NCBI RefSeq assembly: GCF_002113885.1 | Contig: NW_018403789.1 | Location: forward strand, 983,570 to 1,047,569 | Direction of reading: 5' to 3' | Source of the DNA: Mizuhopecten yessoensis | Taxonomy: Eukaryota | DNA length: 64,000 nt | In this document: piece after piece, positions 24,321 to 37,847 of the stretch | Layout of the letters: every line of letters begins with the position of its first letter | Position numbering within the stretch: position 1 is the stretch's first letter | Translations under genes and position numbers: made by a program | The notes under the pieces: generated by a model | What the model saw: the letters and a program-made list of their open reading frames with translations, nothing else | Told to the model about the DNA's origin: nothing | Database searches by the model: none

Positions 24321-27300
24321 GATCCATACAATTTCAATAAAAAACGCTTTTTGTAACATGTTGTAGGGTTGATTAACAATGTTTCTTTTCATTATTTTAT
24401 TGTTGTTATAGTTTTGAACAATGCCACACGCTCAAAAAATGTGAAAGTGCTGAATTTGACAAAAAAAGTTTGTTCGGTATTTTTTACAAAAAAAATCCCC
24501 AGTTTATCGGAATGCTTAGATTTTCATAAAATCATCTCTACATAGTGACATAACCATTATATGAAACTTCCATTGAACTCTGCTCGCTAATTGCGAAAGG
24601 GTGGAGCCTCCTTAAGCATGAACGTATGCTCACAAAAGTGTGGCAGCTTTAGTTACAGTGATGTGTTTTTAAATTCTTCTTAGACTGACTAAGCTCACAA
24701 TTGCATCGTCCAAATAATGTAAAAGGTCAAAAGGTCACGTGGCACATCGACTTGACGATGCTTGTGACAAGGTTACCGCAAGCGGTATATAATACGCCCG
24801 TCACACTTTGAATGGGCAGATAGTTTTATCGCTAAGATATATGAAATATTTGTGAGTAGTTGATATTTAAGATGAAAAAGTTCAACATAGCTGGTAGATG
24901 AATGAGTGTAATAAAACATCTTGGAACGCATTCAGTATTGAATTAATTAATCCAATGAGAATAAGTCAATTAATTTGGTCAGATAATTGTGTGATTACAC
25001 TCACTCTATTGATTTAGGGAGCATACCTTCATCAATTACAGTTGGAAAATGATAGTTACCCAAATTCACCGAGCTCTCATAGTAAATAATCATGTGTCCT
25101 ATGAAGTTTGAAGTTTATCTGTTAAAAATTGCTCGATATATCGAGCGGACACTGTTTCAGCAATTGATCATTGTTTTTTTGCGATTGGTAAACGTACCAA
25201 GATAATTTGGACGTTATCTTAAAATAAACTTGATAAAAGTGAGAAAGAATCATCCCCGGATATTTTGGAAGTAGCTGAACTCTGACAGAATTGTTTTGGA
25301 TATAGACAAAACAAAATATATGACATTTAATGAGTCATATGCAATATAATAATCTTTTTATTTAAGAGTTAGGAGATAGAGATAAAAACAAATGGCACTT
25401 TCTGTGGTGCTTTATTTTGATTCGCTGAAGCAAAGATTAAAGTACAACATCAAAAAGGTCACAGGAGCAACAACAATAGGTTATGAAGACGGATAGGCTA
25501 TTTTGTTGCGAAGTCTAGGGTTTTACAGACCTAAATCTACTGAAACATATCCATTTGACATTTTAGAAAACATCACTTTAGGTAAAAAGAAAAAAAACTC
25601 TCCGCATAGAGTGTATCGCTAGCTTTGTACATACACCCATAAATCTAGCTGACGATTGAAATCCTGACGTATTGATTAATTTAAAGGAAAATAAATAGTA
25701 TAAATACATTTGCCCTCGTGTATTTGACAAGTCTGATTCATATACTACTTCTACCAAGCGTATTATAGATGGCTAAGACACATCACAATTAAAACAAGTC
25801 ATATAACGTATAATGTAATGCTAGTTGGCTGAAACTTGTTGTTAATACACAGATATTTTTTGGAAAGAGGAATCAACTGATCTTAACTACATTGTTAGAG
25901 CTGGCCTATAGTGAAAATATGTGCACATTGTATTAGTTACCAAATTTCAGAGGAATTTCATTACTTGCTTGAATGTCCATCGCTTTCTTCTTACAAAACC
26001 TCATTAATACATTTTTGGCTAAACCGAATTTGACTTACCTGTAGTTTATAAATGTAATTACTCTAAAGATACAAACACATTCATGAAAAGTCCATACTGT
26101 AACTAGAATATTTTACATAATTTTACTTACCTAATCAGAGACGACCATTAAACTATTGTTTCTAAAATAACGTTTAGTTAGTAGAAGAATGGAGTGAGCT
26201 TTGTTGAATGAGCCACGAATGGCGCTCATTCGCAAGAACCATGAAGGATGTTTTGCCGCACTGGAGTAAAAGTCATCAGTAGTTTTTTAGAGTAGTCATA
26301 CCAGATAAGATATCGCAACAGCTTTGATACAAAACCAAAGTAAAAAAATGCTGAACATGTCGAAAGAGGGCGGAGAATAAAAAAATAATGATCCGGTTGT
26401 ATGTGTTAAAACCCAAAGTGCGAAGTGTTTGGTTGCACTATGATGTAATCCAACGCTTGTGACACCAATTTAACCACACGAAGTTGACATATCAAAGTCC
26501 TTTTGTCTGGCAGACCACACATCATCCCTCGGGACAACCGTCATCTAGAATTACACCATAAATGACCCATGTTTCCTTCAGACACGCTCACCGCAAGAAC
26601 GGTGTTTCCTTTTTGCCGCAGAAGTGGCAAAACACAAGTGTGTAATCCAGTCGCTCGATGGTCATATATGGGTTCTGTTTTGACACGTCATCAAGCTATA
26701 TCGCCATAATTGGGCTCAGACACATCGCCGATGGCTGTTTAGATAATACAACCACGTTAAGGTCTGAGATAGGTCTCACTTTTGTTTGACCTGTGGTGAT
26801 TGGGGTGATGGGAAGCAGAGAGTATGCCAAAGTCGAAGAGAACGGTTCAGAAACTGTTGCGACCACAAAAGTACATATATTTTGTTCACGGTATCGTAAG
26901 ACTTTTCATTGATATTTGCAATGTTAACCATACCATGCAAGTTCTTGTTACGAAAAAAGTTTCATTTTGTCCTTAATGCAAAATTGATAAGATATTGATA
27001 TTGTCTTTCCCCCTTTTTTCAGTGTTATGATGTAGGATTTGTCAACAAGATAACCCAATCCCACACACCACTCACATCATCAGGACATTACGGACAAAAC
27101 AATACCCAAAACTTAGACTAGTCTGCACAGTTTCCAGATCAGTTGCGCATAGAACATGTTTGAGATATTCTGGGTAACTTTACACGAACTCGCTCAAAGG
27201 TTGATGCAGAAGTGGAATAATAATCCATCTAGATATGGCGTAATTAGATGCCATAAACGGTCTGTGCGGCGGTTCACCAATGCGATGATACAGTTGTTAT

Positions 27301-29482
27301 GTGCCACCATGTACCCAACCTCCCTTTCAAGAACCGCAAAAAGCACTCAGCAATTACGGATTTATCTAATAAATATCAGCCAAGTAATACTCTACTTTTT
27401 TAAAGAATATACTACTCTCTAACACAATCAAAATAGTTATATTCATTAAAACAACTAGTGTACATTTTTCTCATTACTTGATATAGTATAAATATTCATC
27501 TAGATGTAGGTTGTGCCTAAACTGTGTTCTTTTCACACGTAATTACGAGATTATATATCGCTTGCCTCAAGTGTTGAAGGTAATACACGACAGCGGAGGT
27601 AGGGAAAGTACCGCCCTGAGCGTCGAAATTTAAAGTAATATTTCAGAATGGTTTTTATTATAGTGTTTTATGGTAAGGACAAAGTCTATTGTATTTTCTA
27701 AAAGAGAGGCGTATTCCATTTTACAATTTATAACATAATTTCGTCATTTACCAACCTCTACTGATGCATCAAATAAAGTCTACAAAACTAAGAGTGTTAA
27801 AGGCGATATGTCTTATTTACTTTCATGAAAGTACCGCGGTGAAATAGCGTGGGCTATTATTTGCCATATGTCTGCGTGTTGACAGCAATGTCAGCCTCTT
27901 GCCACGTGGTTTACCACCATCACAACCGTACTAGCAATGCTTTATTACTCAGGAGTCCTAGATTTTATGGGTATTATTAGACCTGATGACAATGTGTATG
28001 CAACATTATATAGCAAAAACAAGACATGTCGAACCTGCTCCCCGATGGATTAGCTGTCAGAACGCGATCAAACTCAGATACTATTTTAGCTCTCCCAAAA
28101 TAGAGGTATGTTTTCAACATAAAATGTTATACTGATTATCTCAAAAAACGCAATGTATTGTTTGCAGACTTCATCAGATCTAGAGAAATATGAACTTTGT
28201 CAAAGTAACTATGAACAGTCAGATGACCTGTGACTATTATTTGCACTTTTGGGCAGGCTTGGATTCTATATTGTTTTGAACTCTCTTTTTCTCTCATCAA
28301 TATGATAGATCTGGCAATTCGTATTTTTCTTACACAACACAAGTTATTATCTTTCCGTTATTACCACCCCCAGGAAGTGAAACGTGTCACAAATATGAAA
28401 TAAGAAGGAATTTTATTTTGTTTCTTACGCGTGTTAAATAATTCAATATTTTACATAAAGCTAAGCATGCGCAGACATGTACGATGCAATGGCAGCTGAA
28501 AGCCGATCAACAGTGTAAATAAGCGAAAGTGAAAATCGATGAAGCCTTACACCAATGAAATGTGCTTAATGATGTAAAATTGTTTGTGTATTATCATTTC
28601 TCATACAAAACTCAAGGAACACATGGCCGTGTTAAAATGTGTTATTTTGGGCCCTTTTTTGCGGAAGAAAAGTCAATAAAATATACTTAAGAAGAATAAG
28701 TGAGAATAATTTCATTCGTTATTGAAATTATCATTGTAACATCAGCTGCTCACATCAATCTGTGCTTACAACGTAGACGTCTCCCTCATCAGCTATATGA
28801 TATACATTACAATTTTACTTTCTTGATAGTTACATTATACTTTTCCCGTTTTAATATTTAGCGTAGAGTCTATTCTATCAACACGAACAGGCTTAAAGAG
28901 ACGAATTTGTGTCACGTCCTCAATACATTTATTAAGTATGCCAGGTCACAAATGCCACCAAGGTAAATTTTAACGAGAATCTTCTTGTAATGTAATGCCG
29001 ATGTCCATTTGCTCTTCCTTTGAGGAGTGCAAACACGCAACATTAGTATGACTGCATTCTGACTTGACAAATTACCTTGATAGTTCACGCCACATCCATA
29101 TGGCGCAGTAGTGCCAAGAAATCTTACGTAATGTTTCTCATTATCTACGGCACGGGGTACTAAATGAAGGGGTTTTGTTTGGATGATAAATGTTATCTAA
29201 AGTATGGACATTCATAGAAAGAATAGATTGGTCAGGATGTTGAAATGTTTACATGAACATCAATTTTCTCAATGCTGACCATTCGTTCGGTGTTGCAACT
29301 GTCACCTTGTTGCACAAACGTTTATCAAACCATAGTTAGCACACCTAATACCATTTTGCATTTCATTGGCTCAAAGCTCCTTATACAAAAATAATTCAGT
29401 GAGGGAACTGCTCTATGCCTAAACAGTAATGTAGGTCTTACAGTTATCATTTCAGCAGGTCCTACAGTTTATAATTACACAG

Positions 29483-29509
29483 TTAGGGTTAGGGTTAGGG
29501 TTAGGGTTA
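29483..29509 (+). repeat. Interstitial telomeric sequence (TTAGGG)4 with a flanking 16-bp direct repeat
   Basis: TTATAATTACACAGTT at 29469-29484 and again at 29507-29522. Confidence 0.85.
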
Positions 29510-29941
29510 TAATTACACAGTTTGAATTACACAACTGGTGGTCTTCCACATTATTACGTAGACGACAGCAAGGAAGAACCTATACCAACAGAACACCTTT
29601 GTTTAATATGGTTTAATATGAGGAAATGCTTAACAAAATAGATATTCATTGCATTTCTCTTATTTTTAATGGTTTCCGTTAAAAGCTTTAACAATTTCTT
29701 TAATAACAGTGTTAATCACGTTTCGCTATTCTCTTGTTTTGACTTTTAAGTTCAATGGCACAATTTTCCGGCCAATGACTGACAAACCTATTTGAACGAA
29801 CTTTGTTCACCTCTAAGCCAACCTTTAAACTTCTCTGTACTTCCTACTACCTATGTGTCATAGCGTCTGCTTGGCAAAACCTTATTTCTGGCTTTAACGT
29901 TGAACTTTTGCCAAGGTGAAGAAGACAATGGGTTCACTTTT

Positions 29942-30133
29942 GGCCTTTAGTTGAGAGTTCGCCCCTGTGAGGAAAGCTTTGGGTTATGTCCCCTGGCTGA
30001 GACATACAAGAGCCTGTAAAATGGTAATTTCTACTCTTGCTTAACGCTTAGGAGTTTAGGAGTGGGACGACTGGTTCGTCAGTTGTCAGTATAATGTGAC
30101 CGGGTGGGGTGTCCTGCTGGGTGTCTTCGGCAC
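29942..30133 (+). mobile_element. SINE family A, 5' half
   Basis: Matches 59415-59580 and stops at the tail of an inverted family B SINE. Confidence 0.8.
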
Positions 30134-30135
30134 CA

Positions 30136-30445
30136 TTTATTTATTTGTTCGTAGGTCGTCTCAAAGCGGTTTACAAATTATCCGTGGTTATAGAGCCTTT
30201 GCAACCAGCCAATATCTTTCTAAATTCCATGGGGAGCATACAGCCGGTGCTGCCATTTCGGCGCTCACAGCTAGCAATCTTCAATTCTAGCACTGCCCAC
30301 CCACGTTCTCATTTACAGCTGAGTAGACTGGAACACGCGAAGTAAAGTATATTGCGGGAAGATACAACACAGTGCTGTGTCGTGACTCGAATCCGCAACC
30401 CTTTGGTCACGAGCCCGGCGTCCTACCACTAGACTACCGTGTCTC
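30136..30445 (-). mobile_element. tRNA-derived SINE family B (inverted copy)
   Basis: Reverse complement of 15698-16040. Confidence 0.85.
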
Positions 30446-33366
30446 AAGAACATTATCAGTTTAGATAAGGTTCCAGTTTGGACAGAGTCCGGTTAACGTA
30501 AAGTTTCAATGTTAAAGTGATAAAAAAAGATTTTGTCAGAGGAATATCAAAAACAAGTAAAGTACATTTCCGTAATATTTAGTTCAGAAAAACATTTCTA
30601 GTAAATATTTGTCGTTTAATCACAAAGACGAACATCTTTCTTCCATCTTGAAGTTAGATATTTTCTTTTTAGAAAATTGTAAAATTATATTTTTATATTA
30701 TACTTTTAAAAAAACTATAAACCAAATAATATAATCTAAAATGTGTATGCAAGGCATGCATTCTTTAGGAATCTGATTGTAATCGTTGTTTCTTAAGCAT
30801 CCGACAATTTCTCACACGATCTATAAACATTTTCATGTAGATATCGTATGATAGTAATCAGGGTCGTATTTTTACGTTCTTTAAGGTGATAAATACGTAT
30901 TATTCGTTTTTGGGGGAAAATGGCGCCTTGAAGAACTCCGTGTGGAACACTATATTATATATAATGTAATTAGTAAATGTTGCTTTTTTATGAAAGATGT
31001 GAATTTACATTGACAAGGACAAATGTCAGGGATAAATGGAGTTTGCACTCAACAGTTTTTAAATAGATAAAAAGGTCAATGACATGAATACTTTCGACTG
31101 AGCGTGTTAAATCATTGCAAACACAATTGTGATGCGGGTGTGAGCTGGTACAATTAAATAAGCATCGTTTTAACTTTATAAAAAGAAAGATATAAAATAT
31201 ACATCTCCAACAATGTCCATTCTAATGGAAAGATTATAATCAGATAAAAAATAGATATTCCCCAAAGTGACCGCAGAAAAAGTCAATGCAATTTGTCATC
31301 GTTAGGAACCCACATTGGATAGTACAGAAATAGATGCTGGTCCAGAAGTTCCTTATTATATTATCACAGTTACATAAGTCACCATGTAGTGTTGTTGGTA
31401 ACTTCAGCCTAAAAGGGGGCCAACAACTCTCTAAAATGACAAATTTCATATACTTCAGTACAAAAAAATTACCAACCATTTACAGTCAAACATTGTATGA
31501 TTGAATACGTGACAGATTCAATAATGAAAATGTTATTTGGTACAATGTCTGTGCAATTGATAAATGACTTACGATAATGATAAATCCATCTTTGCTTCGT
31601 GTACAATTACAATAATATAATAAAATGTCGAAAGGTTAATCTTCACACTGAGTTTGGTTATCTACGATTGAAGAGAATTGTCAAAAGCTGAGTGTGAAAA
31701 AAGGGTGTCTATAAACCACAGGATGGCGGAAATGGGGCGCTCCCACACTCCTTCAGTATGAAATATAAAGGTCCCAATGGCATACAATGTGTTTTGGATA
31801 GCGAGACAACAACTAGGCGAGTGAAGGTAAATTCATGTTCTTGACTGTGTACAGTTACTTGAACGCTATTTTCCAATAAAATGTACATGTATATTATCTT
31901 CTGTTTATTCACGCAAAGACAATTATAGGTTGTCTTCCTTTTAACAAAGTTAGAACATTTTGAAATTATTATCAATAATACACTTTCGGAAAGCATTAGC
32001 ATAACAGATGACATCGCCGATAGCGCAGTGGATAACTCCCTGTGCTAGGACCAGAAGATCCTGGGCTTATTGAAAAAGGAAATAATAATTTAATGAATTT
32101 CTTGCATTTGATTTTTTTCTTAACTAAAGGGACAATGAACACTAAGAAAGAAAATTACCAAACAAACTGAAATTAGTAAGTGACACAACACAGAACGCTT
32201 TATTTTTCTGCCTAAAATTAAAAAACAATAACGCATTTGTTGTGTCTGGTGACCGTTGATGTTTACAGTTCATATTAATTGTAACCAAACGTGTGGGTTG
32301 CATGTCTCTATGTGCAGGAACACTTAAAACATTATCAACGTTGACTAATTTGAATGCCGTTATTGTTATATGATATCAAACTAATGAGTTTGTTTTCATG
32401 TTCTACCATGACTAAAGATTTTTACACTGGCCTGCCCCGTGATTCTCTATGAGATACATAATGATAATGTACCATGTCAAGTATCACAAATAGTGCTCTT
32501 AGTGCTTTAAACTACAGGATGCTTATACAGCCATCGTACTGACCCTTCAATAAGTCCTTTTCAGGGATCAACCCCGTCATCCAAGTGATGCGCAGATAAG
32601 GACCCCTATTCCAATGCATGCAAAATAAAAAAGAGAATTCCATTGTGGAATTTCGTACTAACGATAACTTTCCCCTTCTGTTTGGGATATAATGGTGGTC
32701 GGACTTTGCCAGAGAACTAGCTATCACTGACCAGGTCACTATGTAGGTTTGACCGACCGAACTGTAATCGGAGGTCCACGGTTCGAATATCGCTCTGGCT
32801 ATGCTGCATTCTTCACAGCATTGATTTTTCATTTCTTCTTCAATGTTTTTTCCATGAAAGTCCCGTAAGGTATTTGTTTCCCATCAGGAATGATTAATAT
32901 AAACTGTCAAGCAAAAAAGATCCAAGTACAGTTGACTCACGTAGAAAACACGACAAGACACATTTAGGTAGCACATATCTGTAATTGTGTGTGTGTGTGT
33001 GTGTATGAGTGAGTTCAGCGGGTTTCGGGTGAACGTTCCAATGCGCATAACTCTTAAAATATTACTATATACAACTTTACTAAGTCTCATGGCACAAAAT
33101 TGCTGTGGTGACCTTCATGTTAGTAGGTTGTTACATTAGTAGAGATGTATAGACTCATTCTCCCAATAACTCCCAACAATAAACTCTTCGATAAGAATTC
33201 ATGAGCATGTGATGTGATAAAGTGACTTTGAATTGACAGTTTAAGTATCATAAAGTATCCCTCTACAATATTAGGAACTGGACGCCCAGACAGGTCGTGT
33301 AAATTAGTTTAGTTTGTGATAAACTACCGACCAAGGAATACATATGTTTAACCTCTCATGTTTCAG

Positions 33367-33445
33367 GACCTGCACAGATTTTCCGGCACATTCTGTGAAT
33401 GTGATGATCACAGCTGTCCATACTTTGAAGATGAAGTTTGTGGGG
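33367..33445 (+). CDS. Integrin-beta-like exon C (I-EGF2/3): DLHRFSGTFCECDDHSCPYFEDEVCGG
   Basis: TTTCAG acceptor and GTAAGC donor; phases 0/1. Diagnostic integrin beta motif G.FCECD..SC.......CGG. Confidence 0.95.
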
Positions 33446-34757
33446 GTAAGCATTTGTCAAAAAATTAAATTCATAATAAAAAAGGATTAAATGGCATTTT
33501 TTTTCAATTTCATGCCGGTTACATACATAGTCCATGAAGCCTGTCCGTTAAACCTTATATTTATATTCCAAATCTTTAGTTATTATTGACATTAACAAAG
33601 ATATTCCCTTATATTTTCGATATTGAAACGTCTGTGTCGTCAGTGCAAACGATATTCCTGGAACAGCCTTACGTCACCAATATGTTTGCTTCTAATGGTA
33701 GTCTCATGTTAATCGAGGCGGAAGGAGAAACGTCAAAATGACGCTGATCAAATTGCGTTCATCGCTCTATGAACGCAATTTCCTCATGTAATGCTTATAG
33801 GGAAACTTGCAGTGGAAATGTAGATATAAATGCATGACGGTATAAAAACCGATGTCAATTGCTAACAAAAAATCTCCGTGATCATCTTTAGGAATAAATG
33901 TGTGCGCCACCTGGTTTCACACCACTACAAGTGTAAAGAGGTTGTATTTCAATTTTTATATTTATATAAGCAATACGAGGGACTATAATGTTTTGTTTGT
34001 GATAAATGTCGTTGGTTCATGATTAATTTTCACACGTTGTTTTGAGAAATGGTTGAGCAGTCTTTTTGCAGGATCAAAGTTGTGTTTCTTCATTGTTGTC
34101 ATTCCCATCAGGGGACAAAAGTCAGCAGGAAACCTTTCGTCAAAGTTTGAATATGGCATCACCTCATGATTGGTGTTAATTTCCTGACATAATATCAACA
34201 TTTTCATCTTAAAATATGGCAATTGCTTCTTCCCATAACTTCTTGATAACAAAGACAAAAACGATGTAAAGCTTATTAAGGTTCGTGTCGAGTGTCGGTA
34301 TATGCAGTTTATATCACTGTATTTCGTGAACTTAGCATGTACAATTTATTCACAAATACACGAACTTGGCGATGGAAAGAATGATGTTTCAAAAAAAGAA
34401 TGATGTATGGAAAAAAAATATTCACAAAAGGTTAAATACGCGTATGAGAGTCCTTGTGAATAAACACAAAAAATAAACCTTCACGAAAATAAAGTATGAT
34501 TTCCTTTTGATAAGAAAACACTGCCTTTGAACAAACTGAGTATAAGCATGAATTCTTTTATCGTGCGTCACTAATCAACTTAAGTGTAGCAGTCTAGCAA
34601 AAATAAATAGGTGCCCATTTCTATTTTTTATACTGTAAGTGCAACACACGTTATCGTTATTGTATAACGATTTATTGGAGAAAAAGGGTCCACTCTTACT
34701 GCATCGGTGTTGCCGACATCTTGTGTACAAGAATTAAGGGTTGTGCAAGCGTTCAGA

Positions 34758-35675
34758 ATGAGTTGAATATTCTGTAACAAGTGTAGAGCGGTGCTTGATG
34801 AGTTAAATATTCTTAACAAGTGTAGAGCGGTGCTTTATGAGTTAAATATTCTGTAACAAGTTTAGAGCGGTGCTTGATGAGTTAAATATTCTGTAACAAG
34901 TGTAGAACGATGCTTGATGAGTTAAATATTCTGTATCAAGTGTAGAGCGGTGCTTGATGAGTGAAATATTCTTAACAAGTGTAGATCGGTGCTTTATGAG
35001 TTAAATATTCTGTTTCAAGTTTAGAGCGGTGCTTTATGAATTAAATATTCTGTATCAAGTTTAGAGCGGTGCTTTATGAATTAAATATTCTGTAACAAGC
35101 TTAGAGCGGTGCTTGATGAGTCAAATATTCTGTAACAAGTGTAGAGTGGTGCTTTATGAGTTAAATATTCTGTTTCAAGTTTAGAGCGGTGCTTGATGAG
35201 TTAAATATTCTGTTACAAGTTTAGAGCGGTGCTTGATGAGTTAAATATTCTGTTACAGGTGTAGAGCGGTGCTTGATGAGTTAAATATTCTGTAACAAGT
35301 TTAGAGCGGTGCTTGATGAGTTAAATATTCTGTAACAAGTGTAGAGTGGTGCTTTATGAGTTAAATATTCTGTATCAAGTGTAGAGCGGTGCTTGATGAG
35401 TTAAGTATTCTGTAACAAGTTTAGAGCGGTGCTATATGAATTAAATATTCTGTATCAAGTGTAGCGCGGTGCTTGATGAGTTCGATATTCTGTAACAAGT
35501 GTAGAGCGGTGCTTGATGAGTTAAATATTCTGTTACAAGTTTAGAGCGGTGCTTTATGAATTAAATATTCTGTATCAAGTGTAGAGCGGTGCTTGATGAG
35601 TTAAATATTCTGTAACAAGTGTAGAGCGGTGCTTGATGAGTTCAATATTCTGTAACAAGTGTTGAGCGGTGCTTG
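34758..35675. repeat. 40-bp minisatellite, ~23 copies
   Basis: Unit ATGAGTTAAATATTCTGTAACAAGTGTAGAGCGGTGCTTG. Confidence 0.97.
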
Positions 35676-36580
35676 TCATGCTAGACTTGTCACCTGCTTT
35701 TGACGTCATCGATCATGGCATACTTTACAAACGTCAGGATTTCTCTTATTCGGTGACTGGTGAAGCTCTATGTTGGATACAGTCTTATTAGAGTGAACGA
35801 TGACTGTGTGTTGGCATAGGATCTACCGCCTCACATGACAAAGTACTAGATTTCGGGGATCCTCAAGGGTCGGTGTCAGGACCACGAAAGTAATGAAAAT
35901 ATTTTATACCAATCGGAGAGATTAGTCGCCCCAATAACCTTCAATATCATTGTTAAAAACCTAGGGATATACTTTGATAGTTTATTGAACATGGCGAATC
36001 AAGTGAACGCTTTTGCCAAATCCTTTTACTACCACACCAGAAACATCGGTTGTATTCGGCAGTTTATAACTGCAGATGCATGCAAAGTTTTGGTTCATCT
36101 ACTTTTTACCTATCGGTCGGACTACGGTAATACCCTGCTCTGTGGTATATCTGACAACCTAACTTGTCGTCTGCGGAGGGTCTATAACACTGCAGCACGT
36201 CTGGTTACTAGTACTCCAAAGAGGGAGCACGTCACAACAGTGCTATATATTAATTGTACTGGCTACCTGTACGATACAGGTCGCAGTACAAAATGATGGT
36301 GTGCACACACAAGGCACTGAATGAAACAGCTTCCCAGTACCTGCATCAGCCATCACGATCATTGCGGTCGGACACATAATCTTTGTTATGTGTCCCAAAA
36401 TCGCGTTCTGTGACCTATGAAAACCGGTGCTTTGAGAGGGTTTCGGTCACGTTGAGAAATAGCTTACATGTACCATCTGCTATTAGAAAGTCATACAACC
36501 TGGCAAAAAGATCAAGAAGGATATAAAGACCCACGACTTTTAAGGCGTCATGTACACACCACCCTTGATATATTTATGTA
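35655..36580 (+). mobile_element. Decayed, 5'-truncated L2-clade LINE (reverse transcriptase and C-terminal region)
   Basis: Translated motifs AVLVMLDLSPAFDVIDHGIL, FGDPQGSVSGP, KNLGIYFDS and DYGNTLLCG...YNTAARLV. Stops, frameshifts and loss of the YADD region. Confidence 0.88.
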
Positions 36581-36646
36581 CAGGACACGACAGGGGCTGG
36601 TATGAATGTGGTATGTGTATTGTATAGGTTTAATCATCTTTTACAG

Positions 36647-36756
36647 GACACGACAGGGGCTGGTGTGAATGCGGTACATGTCGATGTAACAGTGGATTTT
36701 TGGGCGAGGATTGCTCCTGTCCTACAGCTATAGACCGGTGTACAGCGGACGACGGG
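36647..36756 (+). CDS. Integrin-beta-like exon D (I-EGF3/4): HDRGWCECGTCRCNSGFLGEDCSCPTAIDRCTADDG
   Basis: TTTTACAG acceptor and GTACGT donor; phases 1/0; canonical I-EGF cysteine spacing. Confidence 0.95.
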
Positions 36757-37354
36757 GTACGTCAACCACGGGGTTTCGGGTACTGGTTGAAAGGGTACGC
36801 TGTTCAAAGTAATGGGAATCAAATAAGGTAGCTAATATAAAATGAGAGTCTAAAGAGTCACGACGATGATATGAAGGTAGGTTTCGACAAGGAGGTTGGG
36901 GTACTGCGACCACAGTATATTTGGACACGAACATCTCGGTTAAACCGTGGTTCCGACGATCACAACAGAATTGAATTACGTTGGTTACAGAAGGTTAGGG
37001 TACATTACGACGATAAAATGAGGATGGGTTTACGAAAGCCACATATTTGCAAAGACAGACTGCGGGATTTGCATGGTAAATAATACTAAAATGGTTCGGT
37101 TCTAACACTTGCCTACAAGGACATCTTGGCTATAGAAAAATACTAACGGTATAGCATAGGGGATACTAACGTGGCAACATGTCTGGTAACTTGACAGGAA
37201 ATACATCTTAAAGCAATATGAGAAACATAACTTATCGATTTAGAAATTTTGGAGCTTATGAGAAAAAGTGAATATGTAATGACGTAACTAATACTTGTAT
37301 TATATAACTTCTATACTAGGTATCCTCTTAGTCATAACAGTCTGTTGATAGATG

Positions 37355-37431
37355 CCAAAGGTAATGACAGCCGATCTACACTGTATAACACTCGACACGA
37401 GTGTTACAGACCGGCTGTCATTAACTTTGGT
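37355..37431. repeat. ~75-nt imperfect palindrome, likely a MITE remnant
   Basis: CCAAAGGTAATGACAGCCG..TAACACTCG-ACA-CGAGTGTTA..CGGCTGTCATTAACTTTGG. Confidence 0.7.
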
Positions 37432-37847
37432 GCCTGTTTTCTTTCCTTGGTTACATGTAAAGCATCATGGCTGTTCGTGAAGTAAAAAGGTTTGTTTGAG
37501 TTTTCCATAATCGCCCGAGTGATATCCAATTAAGAGGATAACTACACACATAGAAATATTTGTATTAGTTGAGCTTCAACCTGTTGATCAGGTAAATTGT
37601 TAAGATTTCTTTCAAGTATCTAGCTTTAATTAACTAAAATGCAGGAAGCAGCGATTTAGTGTGTATTATATACATATATATCATAAATTTGAAGGGTTGT
37701 CGGGTGGCGTGATGGATAATGTAATTTAAAACTTCAGTTAAACCTGTCATTCGGGAACCTTCCCAGACATATATGTTAACGTCGGACACACTGCTAGGAG
37801 CTATTGGTTGTATCTTTTAGTCACATACAGACGTAAAACGTCATTTA

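Larger units (their letters stand above)
21935..27109. repeat. Inverted duplication (21935-22268 versus 26690-27109)
   Basis: Near-identical reverse complements; the second copy has ~85 extra nt at ~27003-27082. Confidence 0.9.

Noticed and set aside
26200-27420. Higher-GC stretch as a nested gene or pseudogene
   Set aside because: The frames I translated contain stops and no recognisable motif; probably a decayed element.
35985-36296. 103-aa ORF as a host gene
   Set aside because: It is part of the decayed L2 ORF2.
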